A DNA stretch of 64,000 bases. Source: a bacterium (lineage in GTDB: Bacteria > Patescibacteriota > Minisyncoccia > Phycocordibacterales > JAGLPS01). Location: positions 23,535 to 87,534 of the forward strand of contig JAUYHB010000020.1 in assembly GCA_030690305.1 (NCBI GenBank). The letters run 5' to 3'. This document shows positions 7,796 through 17,361 of the stretch, one piece after another; the first letter of the stretch is position 1; each line of letters opens with the position of its first letter. The notes beneath the pieces are model-generated. The model saw only the letters and a program-made list of their open reading frames with translations, searched no databases and had not been told where the DNA came from. The position numbers and the translations under genes are program-made.

Positions 7796-9487
7796 TTATC
7801 CTACCGTATCAATGATGCGCAAGCGTAATTCCGTTCGACCAGCGAAATAAGATTTTTCAAGCGTCGCTACAAGATTTGTTTTTTCTCCTTTTTCAACGGG
7901 GAAAGAAAGATTTTCCGGTTTCATAAAAAATCCGATGGCTGAAACCCGATTGCCGTTGGGAGACGAGAGCGTGAGTTTGAGATGCTCTTTTCCTTTGCCG
8001 AACAGTGAAACGTCAAAAACATCCGCCTGTTTGAAAAGAAATGTCGGCTTGGGATTGGCAATTCCAAACGGCGCAAGCGACGAAACAATACCGTATGTTC
8101 TGTCGTTCACTTCATCGAGAGAAAGGGTTGTGTCAACGTGCATAAGCGATTCTTCGGCCACGTGTTCAATCGTTTTGAATACTTTATTGAGACTGTCTTC
8201 AAGTGTGTGAATATGTTCGTGCGAAACGGAAAATCCGCCGGCAAGTTTGTGCCCGCCGAATTTCAGAAAATGGTCTTTCGCACCTTCCATTAATAACACA
8301 ACATCCGTATTCCCCTCCGAACGGCACGAGCCTTTTATGGATTCCGATTCCGCTCGTCCCCACAAAAAAACCGGTCGTTCATATTCTTCGACAATACGCG
8401 TTGCAACAAGACCGAGCAAAGACGGTTTCCATTTAGGATTTCCAACCACGACAACATTTGAAAGTTTCCGTTCCGAAAGCACGTGTTTGATTTCTTTAAC
8501 GAGAGAAGAAACGATTCCTTTGCGTTCATCGTTTATGGAGTTTAAATGCGATGCAAGCATCTGTGCTTCCTGTCTGTCATCCGTCGACAATAATTTGAAC
8601 GCGTCATACGGGTCTCCCATTCTCGAGGCTGCATTGAGGCGCGGGGCAATCATAAAAGAAATATCGTCTTCGGAAAGTTTCGACGGGAAAATTTTCACCG
8701 ATTCAAGCAACGCTTTTACTCCTGGACGTCGTGCGTGACGCAAAACGGTAAGACCATAAAAAGCGAGTGCGCGGTTTTCACCCGTCAGAGGCACCATGTC
8801 GGAAAGTGTTGCGATACCTACCATGTCCAACATCCATTTTTCTTTTCCTTTCGGCAGATTAAAGTTTTTTACCAAAAGAAGCGCCTGAATAAGTTTAAAC
8901 GTCACTCCCGCTCCGCACAGCATGTCCTCGGGATATTCGCATCCGTCTCTTTTTGGGTTAAGAATCGCATATGCCGGAGGAAGTTTTTCTCCCGGCACAT
9001 GATGATCAACAATGATGACGTCGATGTTGCGAGATTGGGCGAGGGTGATGGGTGAAACATCCGTCGTACCACAGTCTATGGTAATGATGAGAGAAACATT
9101 TTGCTCCGAAAATTCGTCAATCGCCTCTTTATGCACCCCGTACCCTTCGTCATGGCGATGCGGAATGTATACGGAAACATTTGTGTAACCGATGTATTTG
9201 AAAAAATCCGAAAGTATGACTGCGCCCGGAATACCGTCCGCGTCATAATCGCTGTAAATAACGATTTTTTCTCCTTTTTCAACCGCCGAAAGAATGCGCT
9301 TGACGGCTTTGTCCATATCTTTCAATAGATACGGGTCATGGAGGTCTCGTTCATAGTCGGGGTTTAAAAAAATGTCCGCCTCTTTTGCGTTGTTCACTCC
9401 ACGATTGGAAAGGAGGGTAGCAAGAAGAACGGGTAAATCCATCAGTTCTTTCGGAATTTCCTGTTTTTTGAAGACAATCTTCCTCAT
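7796..9487 (-). CDS. recJ: ssDNA-specific exonuclease RecJ
   Basis: DYDADG, DHH, PRLNAASR and GGHKLAGG motifs; start taken at ATG 9487. Confidence 0.97.
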   Translation of the reverse strand: MRKIVFKKQEIPKELMDLPVLLATLLSNRGVNNAKEADIFLNPDYERDLHDPYLLKDMDKAVKRILSAVEKGEKIVIYSDYDADGIPGAVILSDFFKYIGYTNVSVYIPHRHDEGYGVHKEAIDEFSEQNVSLIITIDCGTTDVSPITLAQSRNIDVIIVDHHVPGEKLPPAYAILNPKRDGCEYPEDMLCGAGVTFKLIQALLLVKNFNLPKGKEKWMLDMVGIATLSDMVPLTGENRALAFYGLTVLRHARRPGVKALLESVKIFPSKLSEDDISFMIAPRLNAASRMGDPYDAFKLLSTDDRQEAQMLASHLNSINDERKGIVSSLVKEIKHVLSERKLSNVVVVGNPKWKPSLLGLVATRIVEEYERPVFLWGRAESESIKGSCRSEGNTDVVLLMEGAKDHFLKFGGHKLAGGFSVSHEHIHTLEDSLNKVFKTIEHVAEESLMHVDTTLSLDEVNDRTYGIVSSLAPFGIANPKPTFLFKQADVFDVSLFGKGKEHLKLTLSSPNGNRVSAIGFFMKPENLSFPVEKGEKTNLVATLEKSYFAGRTELRLRIIDTVG

Positions 9488-9503
9488 GTATAATGAGTGT
9501 AAC
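9488..9503. promoter_or_regulatory. Back-to-back -10 elements for recJ and the HIT gene
   Basis: TATAAT on + (9489-9494) and TGtTACACT on - within a 16-bp gap between divergent ATGs. Confidence 0.6.
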
Positions 9504-9920
9504 ATGGAAGAAAAAGAGTGCATTTTTTGCAAAATCGCGCGGGGAGAGGTGCCCTCGGATAAAATTTACGAGGACGAACACACGTTCGCTTTTTTAGACA
9601 TTGAACCGAACAACCTCGGACACAGCCTTGTTATACCAAAGGAGCATTTCAAAAACGTATATGAAACCCCCGATGAAGTTCTGGGACAGATAATGGCAAC
9701 CGTAAAGAAAGTGACTCTGGCCGTGAAGAAAGGGATGGGCGCGGAAGGAATAAATATTGCCAACAACAACGAACCTGCAGCGGGACAGCTTGTCTTCCAC
9801 ATCCACGTTCACATCATTCCCCGTTATTCAAACGACGGTTTTCATCATTGGCCGGCAAAACCAAATTTCACTCCTGAACAATTCAAAGAAGCCGCCGAGA
9901 ATATAAAAAAGGCATTGTAA
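9504..9920 (+). CDS. HIT family nucleotide hydrolase
   Basis: CIFCKI and FHIHVHIIPR motifs; start taken at ATG 9504. Confidence 0.95.
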   Translation: MEEKECIFCKIARGEVPSDKIYEDEHTFAFLDIEPNNLGHSLVIPKEHFKNVYETPDEVLGQIMATVKKVTLAVKKGMGAEGINIANNNEPAAGQLVFHIHVHIIPRYSNDGFHHWPAKPNFTPEQFKEAAENIKKAL

Positions 9921-9933
9921 AAAATAAAATAAG

Positions 9934-9965
9934 AAATCGCCACACATACATATGTGTGGCGATTA
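9934..9965. terminator. Probable bidirectional terminator
   Basis: AATCGCCACACATA/TATGTGTGGCGATT stem between convergent genes. Confidence 0.75.
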
Positions 9966-9981
9966 GGATTCAAGAATACAT

Positions 9982-10245
9982 TCAAGAGAACATAGAAATA
10001 ATGATCACCCCAAAACCGGATATTGCTACAACCGATCGGAATGCGAGATTATCACTTGGCGGGGGTGGCAGAAAAAACTTCACTATTGAAGCAAATCCGC
10101 AAATTGCGACTGCCTCATAGAGATAGCGAGACACAGGCAAACCGGAGGATTCTAAAGAGAGTATCATATAAATAACTACCAGCAACAAAATTTGTAAGAT
10201 AGTGCAAAGAATGGCAAGTATGTCGAGCTTAAACTGGGAATACAT
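9982..10245 (-). CDS. Small hypothetical membrane protein (about 3 TM)
   Basis: Strong SD AAAGGAGG 6 nt before the ATG; hydrophobic helices; terminator downstream. Confidence 0.65.
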   Translation of the reverse strand: MYSQFKLDILAILCTILQILLLVVIYMILSLESSGLPVSRYLYEAVAICGFASIVKFFLPPPPSDNLAFRSVVAISGFGVIIISMFS

Positions 10246-10324
10246 TCTGAACCTCCTTTTTTTAGTTCACAATCAAAGAGCTTTTTGCCAATGCTAATAC
10301 AAATTCTATATGCGTCAAGGGAAA

Positions 10325-11434
10325 CTACGACAGTGCCTCAATTCCCGGTAATGTTCCTTTTGCCAAGAAATCAAGCATTGCTCCTCCTCCCGTGGAAATA
10401 AAGGAGAACTTATCGTTTAGTTTGAGTTTTGCAATCGCAGCGATTGTGTCCCCTCCTCCGACAACAGAGTGCGCATCAGAATCGGCAATGGCTTTTGCAA
10501 CAGCAAGCGTCCCTTCGGTAAAACTTTCTTCATAGGCACCCAAGGGTCCGTTCCATAAAAGTGATTTTGAGCGCTTGACCGCGTCAACGATTTTTTCAAG
10601 CGTGTGTTCTCCCGCATCGACGATTCTGTCATTGTCCTGGATGTGAGAAACAGGAATCGAAAGAGACGTGCCACGCCTTTCTACAACGACATCTTCCGGA
10701 AGGATAAGGCGTTCGTCATTTAAAAAATTTCCAAGGTTAAAGTCTCCCTCGGTATACAAGGATTTTCCGATTGACAATCCTTTTTCTTTGAGAAAATTAT
10801 TTGCAAGTGCGCCCGCGACAACAACCGTATCGGCAAGAGAAAAGAATTTCTCTATAAGAGGCAGTTTGGTGTCAAATTTTGCGCCACCCAAAATAAATGT
10901 GAAAGGATGCTCCGGATTCATTATCCCCCCAAGCTGGGTTGCCTCTTCAATAAAACGAAATCCCGCATATCCGGGGATGAATTTTGGTACGCCAACGATT
11001 GAGGCATGTGTTCTGTGGGAGGCGGGGAAGGCTTCGTTGACGTAGACGTCGGCAAGAGAGGCAAGGGATTTGGCGAACTGTTCGTTATTTTCTTTTTCTC
11101 CCGGATTGAGACGCAGGTTTTCAAGGAGGACAATGTCACCCCCCTTCATTGTATCCACAAAAGCGGATGAGCCGAGATACTCCTTCTCGAAAGTAAGCGG
11201 GAAAAATTGTTGCAGATATTCAAATACCGGATACAAAGAGTTTTCCTCTTTTCCTTCAAAGTGGCTTGCGAGAATAATTTTTGCGCCGCGTTCTTTTAAG
11301 AAACGGATGGTGGGAAGCGCGGAAGCAATACGGAAATCGTCCATGACGGCTCCCGAGAGAACAGGCACATTGAAATCAGCGCGCAGAAAAACTCTGACAC
11401 CCGCGTAATTGTCTATGTCTTTAATGGTACGCAT
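10325..11434 (-). CDS. pgk: Phosphoglycerate kinase
   Basis: RADFNVP, LLENLR, GGAK, WNGPLG and ISTGGGA motifs. Confidence 0.98.
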   Translation of the reverse strand: MRTIKDIDNYAGVRVFLRADFNVPVLSGAVMDDFRIASALPTIRFLKERGAKIILASHFEGKEENSLYPVFEYLQQFFPLTFEKEYLGSSAFVDTMKGGDIVLLENLRLNPGEKENNEQFAKSLASLADVYVNEAFPASHRTHASIVGVPKFIPGYAGFRFIEEATQLGGIMNPEHPFTFILGGAKFDTKLPLIEKFFSLADTVVVAGALANNFLKEKGLSIGKSLYTEGDFNLGNFLNDERLILPEDVVVERRGTSLSIPVSHIQDNDRIVDAGEHTLEKIVDAVKRSKSLLWNGPLGAYEESFTEGTLAVAKAIADSDAHSVVGGGDTIAAIAKLKLNDKFSFISTGGGAMLDFLAKGTLPGIEALS

Positions 11435-11437
11435 GTT

Positions 11438-12205
11438 TTACAATTTTTCCGCGATTGAAAGAATTTCTCCAAAACCTTCGGGTTCAAGACTTTGTCGTCC
11501 AACCAAAAGACCGTCAACTTCACCTTTGCCCAAAATGTCTTCGGCGTTGCGGGGACTTACCGAACCCCCATAGAGAACCGCCATACTCATTCCCGCACTG
11601 TATCCGTATACATCGGACACGACTTTTTTTACGAAAAGCACCATTTCATGGAGCGAGGCGCCCGTGATAGCTTCACTGTCGCTTTTGCCAATCGCCCAGA
11701 CAGGTTCGTAGGCAACAATAACGTTCTCAAGAGATTTTTTTTGGACCTTGTCGAGAGACTGTTTTATTTGGGAAGAGAGGAATTGAAGATATTCTCCGTG
11801 AGTATCGCGTTCCCGTTCTCCGACGCAAAGAATAACCTTGAGTCCGTCTTTGAGAGCAATTTTTATTTTTTGATTGACTATTTCATTGGTCTCGCCGAGA
11901 GCGCGCCGTTCGGAGTGGCCGATGATTACGTATGTTACCCCAACGTTTTTAAGTATTTTTGACCCCACTTCCCCGGTAAACGCTCCTTCATTTTCCCAAA
12001 AAACATTTTGTGCACCAAGAATAATCTTTCCTTTTACAAGAGGCTGTAATAAAGAAAGGTACGGGAACGGAGGGCAGATTACCACCTTGCTTTTCCTTAT
12101 TTTTGCGAGCTTTTTGCGGATAGAGAGAAAGGTTTTTTTAGCCGTTTCTTTGCTTGTCGGGTTAAGTTTCCAGTTACCCACAATGAGTTTCTCTGATTTT
12201 TTCAT
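11438..12205 (-). CDS. tpiA: Triosephosphate isomerase
   Basis: GNWK, GHSERR, AYEPVWAIG and YGGSV; start taken at ATG 12205. Confidence 0.98.
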   Translation of the reverse strand: MKKSEKLIVGNWKLNPTSKETAKKTFLSIRKKLAKIRKSKVVICPPFPYLSLLQPLVKGKIILGAQNVFWENEGAFTGEVGSKILKNVGVTYVIIGHSERRALGETNEIVNQKIKIALKDGLKVILCVGERERDTHGEYLQFLSSQIKQSLDKVQKKSLENVIVAYEPVWAIGKSDSEAITGASLHEMVLFVKKVVSDVYGYSAGMSMAVLYGGSVSPRNAEDILGKGEVDGLLVGRQSLEPEGFGEILSIAEKL

Positions 12206-12248
12206 TCCCCCATTATAGCAAGACCGCCCCACTTGTGTGGGGCGGTCT

Positions 12249-13691
12249 TCAGATTTCTTTCCAGGAAATCGTTGAATACTGGTCGGAGGTCAAAGGAAAG
12301 TTCGGTGGAGGGCCGTATAAGAGATTGCCGTCGTAAATAATGTTTCTTGTTTCATAGCCGGTACCGTTGGTATACGCAAAACCATAACGTTGGTACGTGG
12401 CTATCATTCCATACGAAGTAATAGTGTCTCTGTCATGATACGGGGAACAACGTTGGGAACCTCCTGAAGGTGGAGCGTAATAAAACCGTCCGACTCGACC
12501 ATTCTGGGCAACAAGAGCGGCATCAATACGCAAATCGTTTTCGGATACCATACCTATGTTTATATTTCGTTGGGCAATAAGGGCAATAACGTCCTGGCCG
12601 TCATAATTTGTGTACAGAAGATCATTATTTACGGTAATGTCGCGGCGTTGTGTCGGATTATCCGGAAAACGTCCCGCGGCAATAGTGAGACGGGCCGTAT
12701 TTATGGTTCCATTTACCCACACATGGTCTTCAAGAAAAATGAGACCATTTGCCGGATTGGCGTATGTTCCGAGAAGTTGCTGGGTATTGATACTCCACGT
12801 TCCCCAGTTTTCTTGAGATGAAGCGCATCCCGACGGAGTCGAGACGACCGTATTGACGCGATACAAGTCAAACGTGTCGTTTGTTTTAAGCACAATATGG
12901 TATCCGAGTGAACCGGACGCGGCAAAATACCTTCCACCGGATTGCGCGAGGGCCTTTATATTGGAAAGGTCCGAAGTGATTCCCAAAAAGTCAACGGGGG
13001 CGACCGGGTATTGCCGTCCGGCCTCAAAGACATCGGGACGCAATGGCGGGTTCGTAGGAGGCACAGGATCCGCTGGGGAAAGACACGTGTGCACCGCCCA
13101 TGAGGCGACGGTACACGCATCGGAGTCGCTGTCTGTTGTTGTACTTTGACCGCTTGTGACAATATTGTGGGCCAAACCGTCAAAACGGATTCCGAAATTC
13201 GAGTGAATGGGCCCGAACACTTCGGTCCCTTCTCCAAAGCGCATTCTGTCACTTGCCACTACAGCGTATTTAGCAAAAGACGGAATGGCAAGACGGACCT
13301 CTATGGCACGGGACACGGAAATAGGCGACGTGACAATTCCTGTTGACCGAACAGTCACTATGGTTGAGCCCGTAGCAGGAGGAGTAATATCGAGTCTGTA
13401 CTGTCCGATTGTGTTTCCGTCCTTATCGTAAAAATCGTGATAATACGGGCCGGGACCTCCGGTTCCATCCTGATAATCATCGGCGTCATGAGCAAGATGC
13501 CAACGATAATAGTCGGCGCCGGCTTCGGCAATTTGGAACGCCTGTTCCCGGACTTCAATGTGCCGGATAGCCTTAAGCAAAAGCGAAGTCCAACTCACAA
13601 AGGCCGTTGTCACCACAATTGCGATGAAAGCGAAAACAAGGACGTTAACGATGATGACTCCCCTATTCTTTTTTCTTATGTCGTCTCTCAT
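12249..13691 (-). CDS. PilX-like minor pilin / pilus assembly protein
   Basis: N-terminal RG plus hydrophobic helix and QAFQIAEAG; last gene of the pilus operon. Confidence 0.75.
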   Translation of the reverse strand: MRDDIRKKNRGVIIVNVLVFAFIAIVVTTAFVSWTSLLLKAIRHIEVREQAFQIAEAGADYYRWHLAHDADDYQDGTGGPGPYYHDFYDKDGNTIGQYRLDITPPATGSTIVTVRSTGIVTSPISVSRAIEVRLAIPSFAKYAVVASDRMRFGEGTEVFGPIHSNFGIRFDGLAHNIVTSGQSTTTDSDSDACTVASWAVHTCLSPADPVPPTNPPLRPDVFEAGRQYPVAPVDFLGITSDLSNIKALAQSGGRYFAASGSLGYHIVLKTNDTFDLYRVNTVVSTPSGCASSQENWGTWSINTQQLLGTYANPANGLIFLEDHVWVNGTINTARLTIAAGRFPDNPTQRRDITVNNDLLYTNYDGQDVIALIAQRNINIGMVSENDLRIDAALVAQNGRVGRFYYAPPSGGSQRCSPYHDRDTITSYGMIATYQRYGFAYTNGTGYETRNIIYDGNLLYGPPPNFPLTSDQYSTISWKEI

Positions 13692-14317
13692 AGGTTATCT
13701 TTCAGATTCCGAAGTGATACCTGGCTTGTGAATGTTTTGGGAGCAGGTTCCCGATTAGGGTCCGCGTCAATAACAATGCTGATTTTCACAAGACGGATGG
13801 TTGCGGTGGTTACGGGCTGAGAAAGAGGTGCGGTCGTGCCGTCATAGTTCGTATCGTAGTAGGTAAAAACGGGCTGTGCTCCGTTTTGAACGTTACGAGC
13901 AAGAAGTGTTGTTACCTGTTCGGATGCCGGATTGTATTGCAAAGGACTCCCCGTCGGTTCAATCACTCCCTTTTTTAGATCGGTCGCGGACAGAAAATAC
14001 CGCACCCTTTCTTGAATACCGTCATTGTCGATATCGCTGTAAAAGGCAAAACTTTGCGTTCCCGCCTCGGCTATCGGATACGCCCCGATGCCCGATGGCG
14101 AAGCGCTTCTCGCTTCACGAACCATAATACGCAACACGGAACGTGCATCCTGTGTTCCAAGCAAACTTTTGTCTATAAACCCCGCGAAATAAAGAATGTT
14201 CCTCTGAAATGTTCCCACGGCAAGGATGAGAATGCCGGCAATCGCTCCCACAACAACAAGTTCCGGGAGAGACATTCCTTTTTGTGGGTACGCTTGGTTT
14301 TTTTTCTTATTGAACAT
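13688..14317 (-). CDS. Type IV prepilin-like protein (PilW/GspJ-like)
   Basis: Prepilin cleavage motif KG|MSLPELVV. Confidence 0.85.
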   Translation of the reverse strand: MFNKKKNQAYPQKGMSLPELVVVGAIAGILILAVGTFQRNILYFAGFIDKSLLGTQDARSVLRIMVREARSASPSGIGAYPIAEAGTQSFAFYSDIDNDGIQERVRYFLSATDLKKGVIEPTGSPLQYNPASEQVTTLLARNVQNGAQPVFTYYDTNYDGTTAPLSQPVTTATIRLVKISIVIDADPNREPAPKTFTSQVSLRNLKDNL

Positions 14318-14320
14318 TTT

Positions 14321-16120
14321 TTACGGACTTGGAATTAAAATAACCTCTCGTTGTTGCCACGCGCTACTCACAAGCACACCCTCAACAACAGTTGTATCGT
14401 ATCCGGGCTTGGAAACCGTCAATGTATAGGTATCTGCGGAAATTCCCGAAAAAATAATTTGCCCGGGAGGGGTACATTCGGAAGTGAAAGTAAAAGAAAT
14501 ATCGGCAACAGTCGGAGTGAAGGAGGAATTATCGGTGTGTAAAAATATTTTATACCGCAAATACCTGTCGCCGTTGTGGGCAGAAGCAATGTTGGAGTTT
14601 GAAACCGTATAATATGTGCCCGCCGTACCGTCCGGACCGAGATAATTCCACGTTGTTGTAGCCTGGTCATTTGTCGTCGCTATTTGGATGCGCACACTCT
14701 CCGCTCCGGTCGCCGGCGGTTGGTCTTGGGGTTGCCACATAATATTGTAAAAATTACTTTCCGAGCCCGTGTCAAATGTCGATGAGACAAGCCACCCATC
14801 GGAAGCATATGAACCGAATATTTGCTTAAGGGTCATGATACCGGCAGGGTTGTTGGTCTCAATATTGCTGTCGGAATCAAGGTATTTATTCGTGTCAACA
14901 AAAAACGCTTGTCCTGCACCGCCCGACCAATCAGTTTGGGTTAAGAAACCTCGTCCGGTCACAAGAGTTTCCGTATACGAAGCACCGTCATCCAGAGTAA
15001 CCGATGCCCCCGATAAAGGAAGTCCCGTCGCAGAGTCTTTTATCGTCACCATAAGGCTGTCGGGGTTTTCCGGAGCAAGTATGATTTGGACGTTATGTAT
15101 CGCCCCGGGATTGGCGTCAAAAGGAAATAAGGGATTCGAACCGATGAGATCGTGGGACGCGTCGGTAACCACCAATGTATAGGTGTCCCATTCCAAGCCT
15201 GTGATTGTTTCTGTTCCGTTGGAGTTGTCAGTTTGGTAATTCTGGCTGAACTTGATGACATTCGGGTCGGCCCCAATAAGTTTTGACCCTGTGAGCGTGA
15301 AAGGAACGTCAACCACAGCCGCACAATTGTCACGCACCGTTGAAAGATACAGCGTTGCGGTGTGATCTATGGCAAAACTTGACTGAGTCACCTGCTGTAA
15401 AACCACTGTCGCATGCGGAGAAACCGGATTATTGACTTCACTGCTTGAATACGTGGTTACGGTTGAATATCCTTCCTTGGAAACAGTAATTTTATACCGC
15501 TCAACTCCGGGCGGGATATCGACAATCTGGAGCATTCCTTGCGAATTGGTCACGTCGTTTATATTTATGGCGGGAGTTCCCGAGACGCTTTCAATATGGA
15601 CGGAGGCATCGGGTACGTCTACCCCGTTTGCATCAAACACACGAACAAACAAAGCACCGTTCGTCGAGGCGGTTTCAAGATTTTTCGGGGCAATTCGGGT
15701 TGTAAATGTAAGCGGTGTAAATATATTGCACGTCGTGCAATCAACGGTTATTTCGACAAGTTTATTATCAGCCGGGGAAAGGTCGTTCGGACTTCCGCCG
15801 ATAGTACCGTCAAAGGAAAGGTCAACATTACGGATGGTTGAGGTAACGAGAAACGTGTATGAGTCGCGCACAATCGTTTGTTGATACGGGATTTTCCCTG
15901 AAGGCAAACCTCCGATAATACCGACATCGCTATACGGAAGATTCCGAATGATTTCAAACTGTTCGTTTGCGAGGTTTGCCGCGACTATTTTGGACGTTGA
16001 AAGACGGACCGCCTGAAGCACCGACAAGTAGCCCTGATAAACACTTACGGCAATAACCAAAAACAACGCGGCCCCAATGAGCGTTTCAACAAGCGTAAAA
16101 CCTGTTTTTTGTTTTTTCAT
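14321..16120 (-). CDS. Large minor pilin with beta-sandwich (carboxypeptidase-regulatory-like) domains
   Basis: TG|FTLVETLI prepilin motif; repeated YxITVSKxGY modules; start taken at ATG 16120. Confidence 0.85.
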   Translation of the reverse strand: MKKQKTGFTLVETLIGAALFLVIAVSVYQGYLSVLQAVRLSTSKIVAANLANEQFEIIRNLPYSDVGIIGGLPSGKIPYQQTIVRDSYTFLVTSTIRNVDLSFDGTIGGSPNDLSPADNKLVEITVDCTTCNIFTPLTFTTRIAPKNLETASTNGALFVRVFDANGVDVPDASVHIESVSGTPAININDVTNSQGMLQIVDIPPGVERYKITVSKEGYSTVTTYSSSEVNNPVSPHATVVLQQVTQSSFAIDHTATLYLSTVRDNCAAVVDVPFTLTGSKLIGADPNVIKFSQNYQTDNSNGTETITGLEWDTYTLVVTDASHDLIGSNPLFPFDANPGAIHNVQIILAPENPDSLMVTIKDSATGLPLSGASVTLDDGASYTETLVTGRGFLTQTDWSGGAGQAFFVDTNKYLDSDSNIETNNPAGIMTLKQIFGSYASDGWLVSSTFDTGSESNFYNIMWQPQDQPPATGAESVRIQIATTNDQATTTWNYLGPDGTAGTYYTVSNSNIASAHNGDRYLRYKIFLHTDNSSFTPTVADISFTFTSECTPPGQIIFSGISADTYTLTVSKPGYDTTVVEGVLVSSAWQQREVILIPSP

Positions 16121-16121
16121 T

Positions 16122-17348
16122 CTACTGAATAACATCGACAAGCGAGTACGTCGGACCGATCATGGCGAAAACAAAGAACCCGACACCGATTCCGACAAAA
16201 ATCATGAGAAGCGGTTCAATAATGGTCGACATGTCCCTTGTCTTTTGGTCGACTTCGTCTTCATAAAACTGGGCAACACCCATGAACATGTCGGTCAATT
16301 TCCCCGTCTCCTCTCCGACACTTGCCATTTCGGATACGAAAATCGGATACAAGTCGGTTCGCTGGGAAAGCACTTCGGAAATATTTTCTCCTTTTTCAAC
16401 CTGCATCTCCGCTTTTTTCAAAAGATCCTTGTAGAAAGAGTTTTGCAGCACGTCCCCGGTAATACGTATGGCAATAATCAAATCGACGCCGGCAGACAGA
16501 AGGGAGGAAAGTGTTCGTGCGGTGCGCGCCGAATTTATTTCTCTTGTAAGACCGTTTATGATGGGCGTTTTGAGCATAATGACATCAATAAGACGCGAGC
16601 CCTGTTTGGTGCGGGCAAAAGCGGTAATGGAAGAAAAGAAAAGAACAACAAATAGAATAGTGAGAATAAAATTATTACTCAAAAAATCGCTCACTCCGAT
16701 GAGAATACGCGTGGAAAGAGGAAGCTCAACGCCAAGCTCTTTAAACGTTAAAGTAAGGGTAGGTACAACAAATACAAGCATCAGAACGGCAATCACGGCC
16801 ATCAGCGCGACAATGACCGCCGGATACATCATGGCCCCCTGAATGCGTTTCTGTAAGGTGTATATTTTCTCCATTTGCATGGCAATGACTTTGAGGGATT
16901 GCGACATATTTCCGCTTTCCTCTCCCGCCTTAACCATGGAAATAAAGAGCGAGGTGAATACATCCGGAAATTTTTGCATTCCCTGACTCATCGTCTCTCC
17001 TTTATCAATTGATGCAATGAGCTCCGCGAGCACTTCCTTGAGTTTCTTGTTTTTCGTCTGTCGTTCCAAAACCGAAAGGGCACGGGAAACCGAGAGTCCG
17101 GCGTCAATCATTGAACCGAGGTTGCGGGCAAATTGTATTTTCTCCTGTGTTTTGACTTTACCGGCAAAAATATTTCCAAGGCGAAACATGCTGAGAAAAG
17201 AATTTTTTTGCCCGATTTCATGGACATATACAACCGCTTCCCCGTCATTTTTTATTTTTTGGTACACGCCGGCACGGTCTTGGGCTTCCATTGTTCCCTC
17301 ATAGGACTGTCCCTCCTTATTTATGGCTTTGAAAGTGAATAGTGGCAT
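16122..17348 (-). CDS. pilC: Type IV pilus platform protein (PilC/GspF family)
   Basis: AGEESGN, AMMYP, GEETGKL and IIEPLLM motifs; start taken at ATG 17348. Confidence 0.95.
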   Translation of the reverse strand: MPLFTFKAINKEGQSYEGTMEAQDRAGVYQKIKNDGEAVVYVHEIGQKNSFLSMFRLGNIFAGKVKTQEKIQFARNLGSMIDAGLSVSRALSVLERQTKNKKLKEVLAELIASIDKGETMSQGMQKFPDVFTSLFISMVKAGEESGNMSQSLKVIAMQMEKIYTLQKRIQGAMMYPAVIVALMAVIAVLMLVFVVPTLTLTFKELGVELPLSTRILIGVSDFLSNNFILTILFVVLFFSSITAFARTKQGSRLIDVIMLKTPIINGLTREINSARTARTLSSLLSAGVDLIIAIRITGDVLQNSFYKDLLKKAEMQVEKGENISEVLSQRTDLYPIFVSEMASVGEETGKLTDMFMGVAQFYEDEVDQKTRDMSTIIEPLLMIFVGIGVGFFVFAMIGPTYSLVDVIQ

Positions 17349-17361
17349 TGTGAAAATAAAA

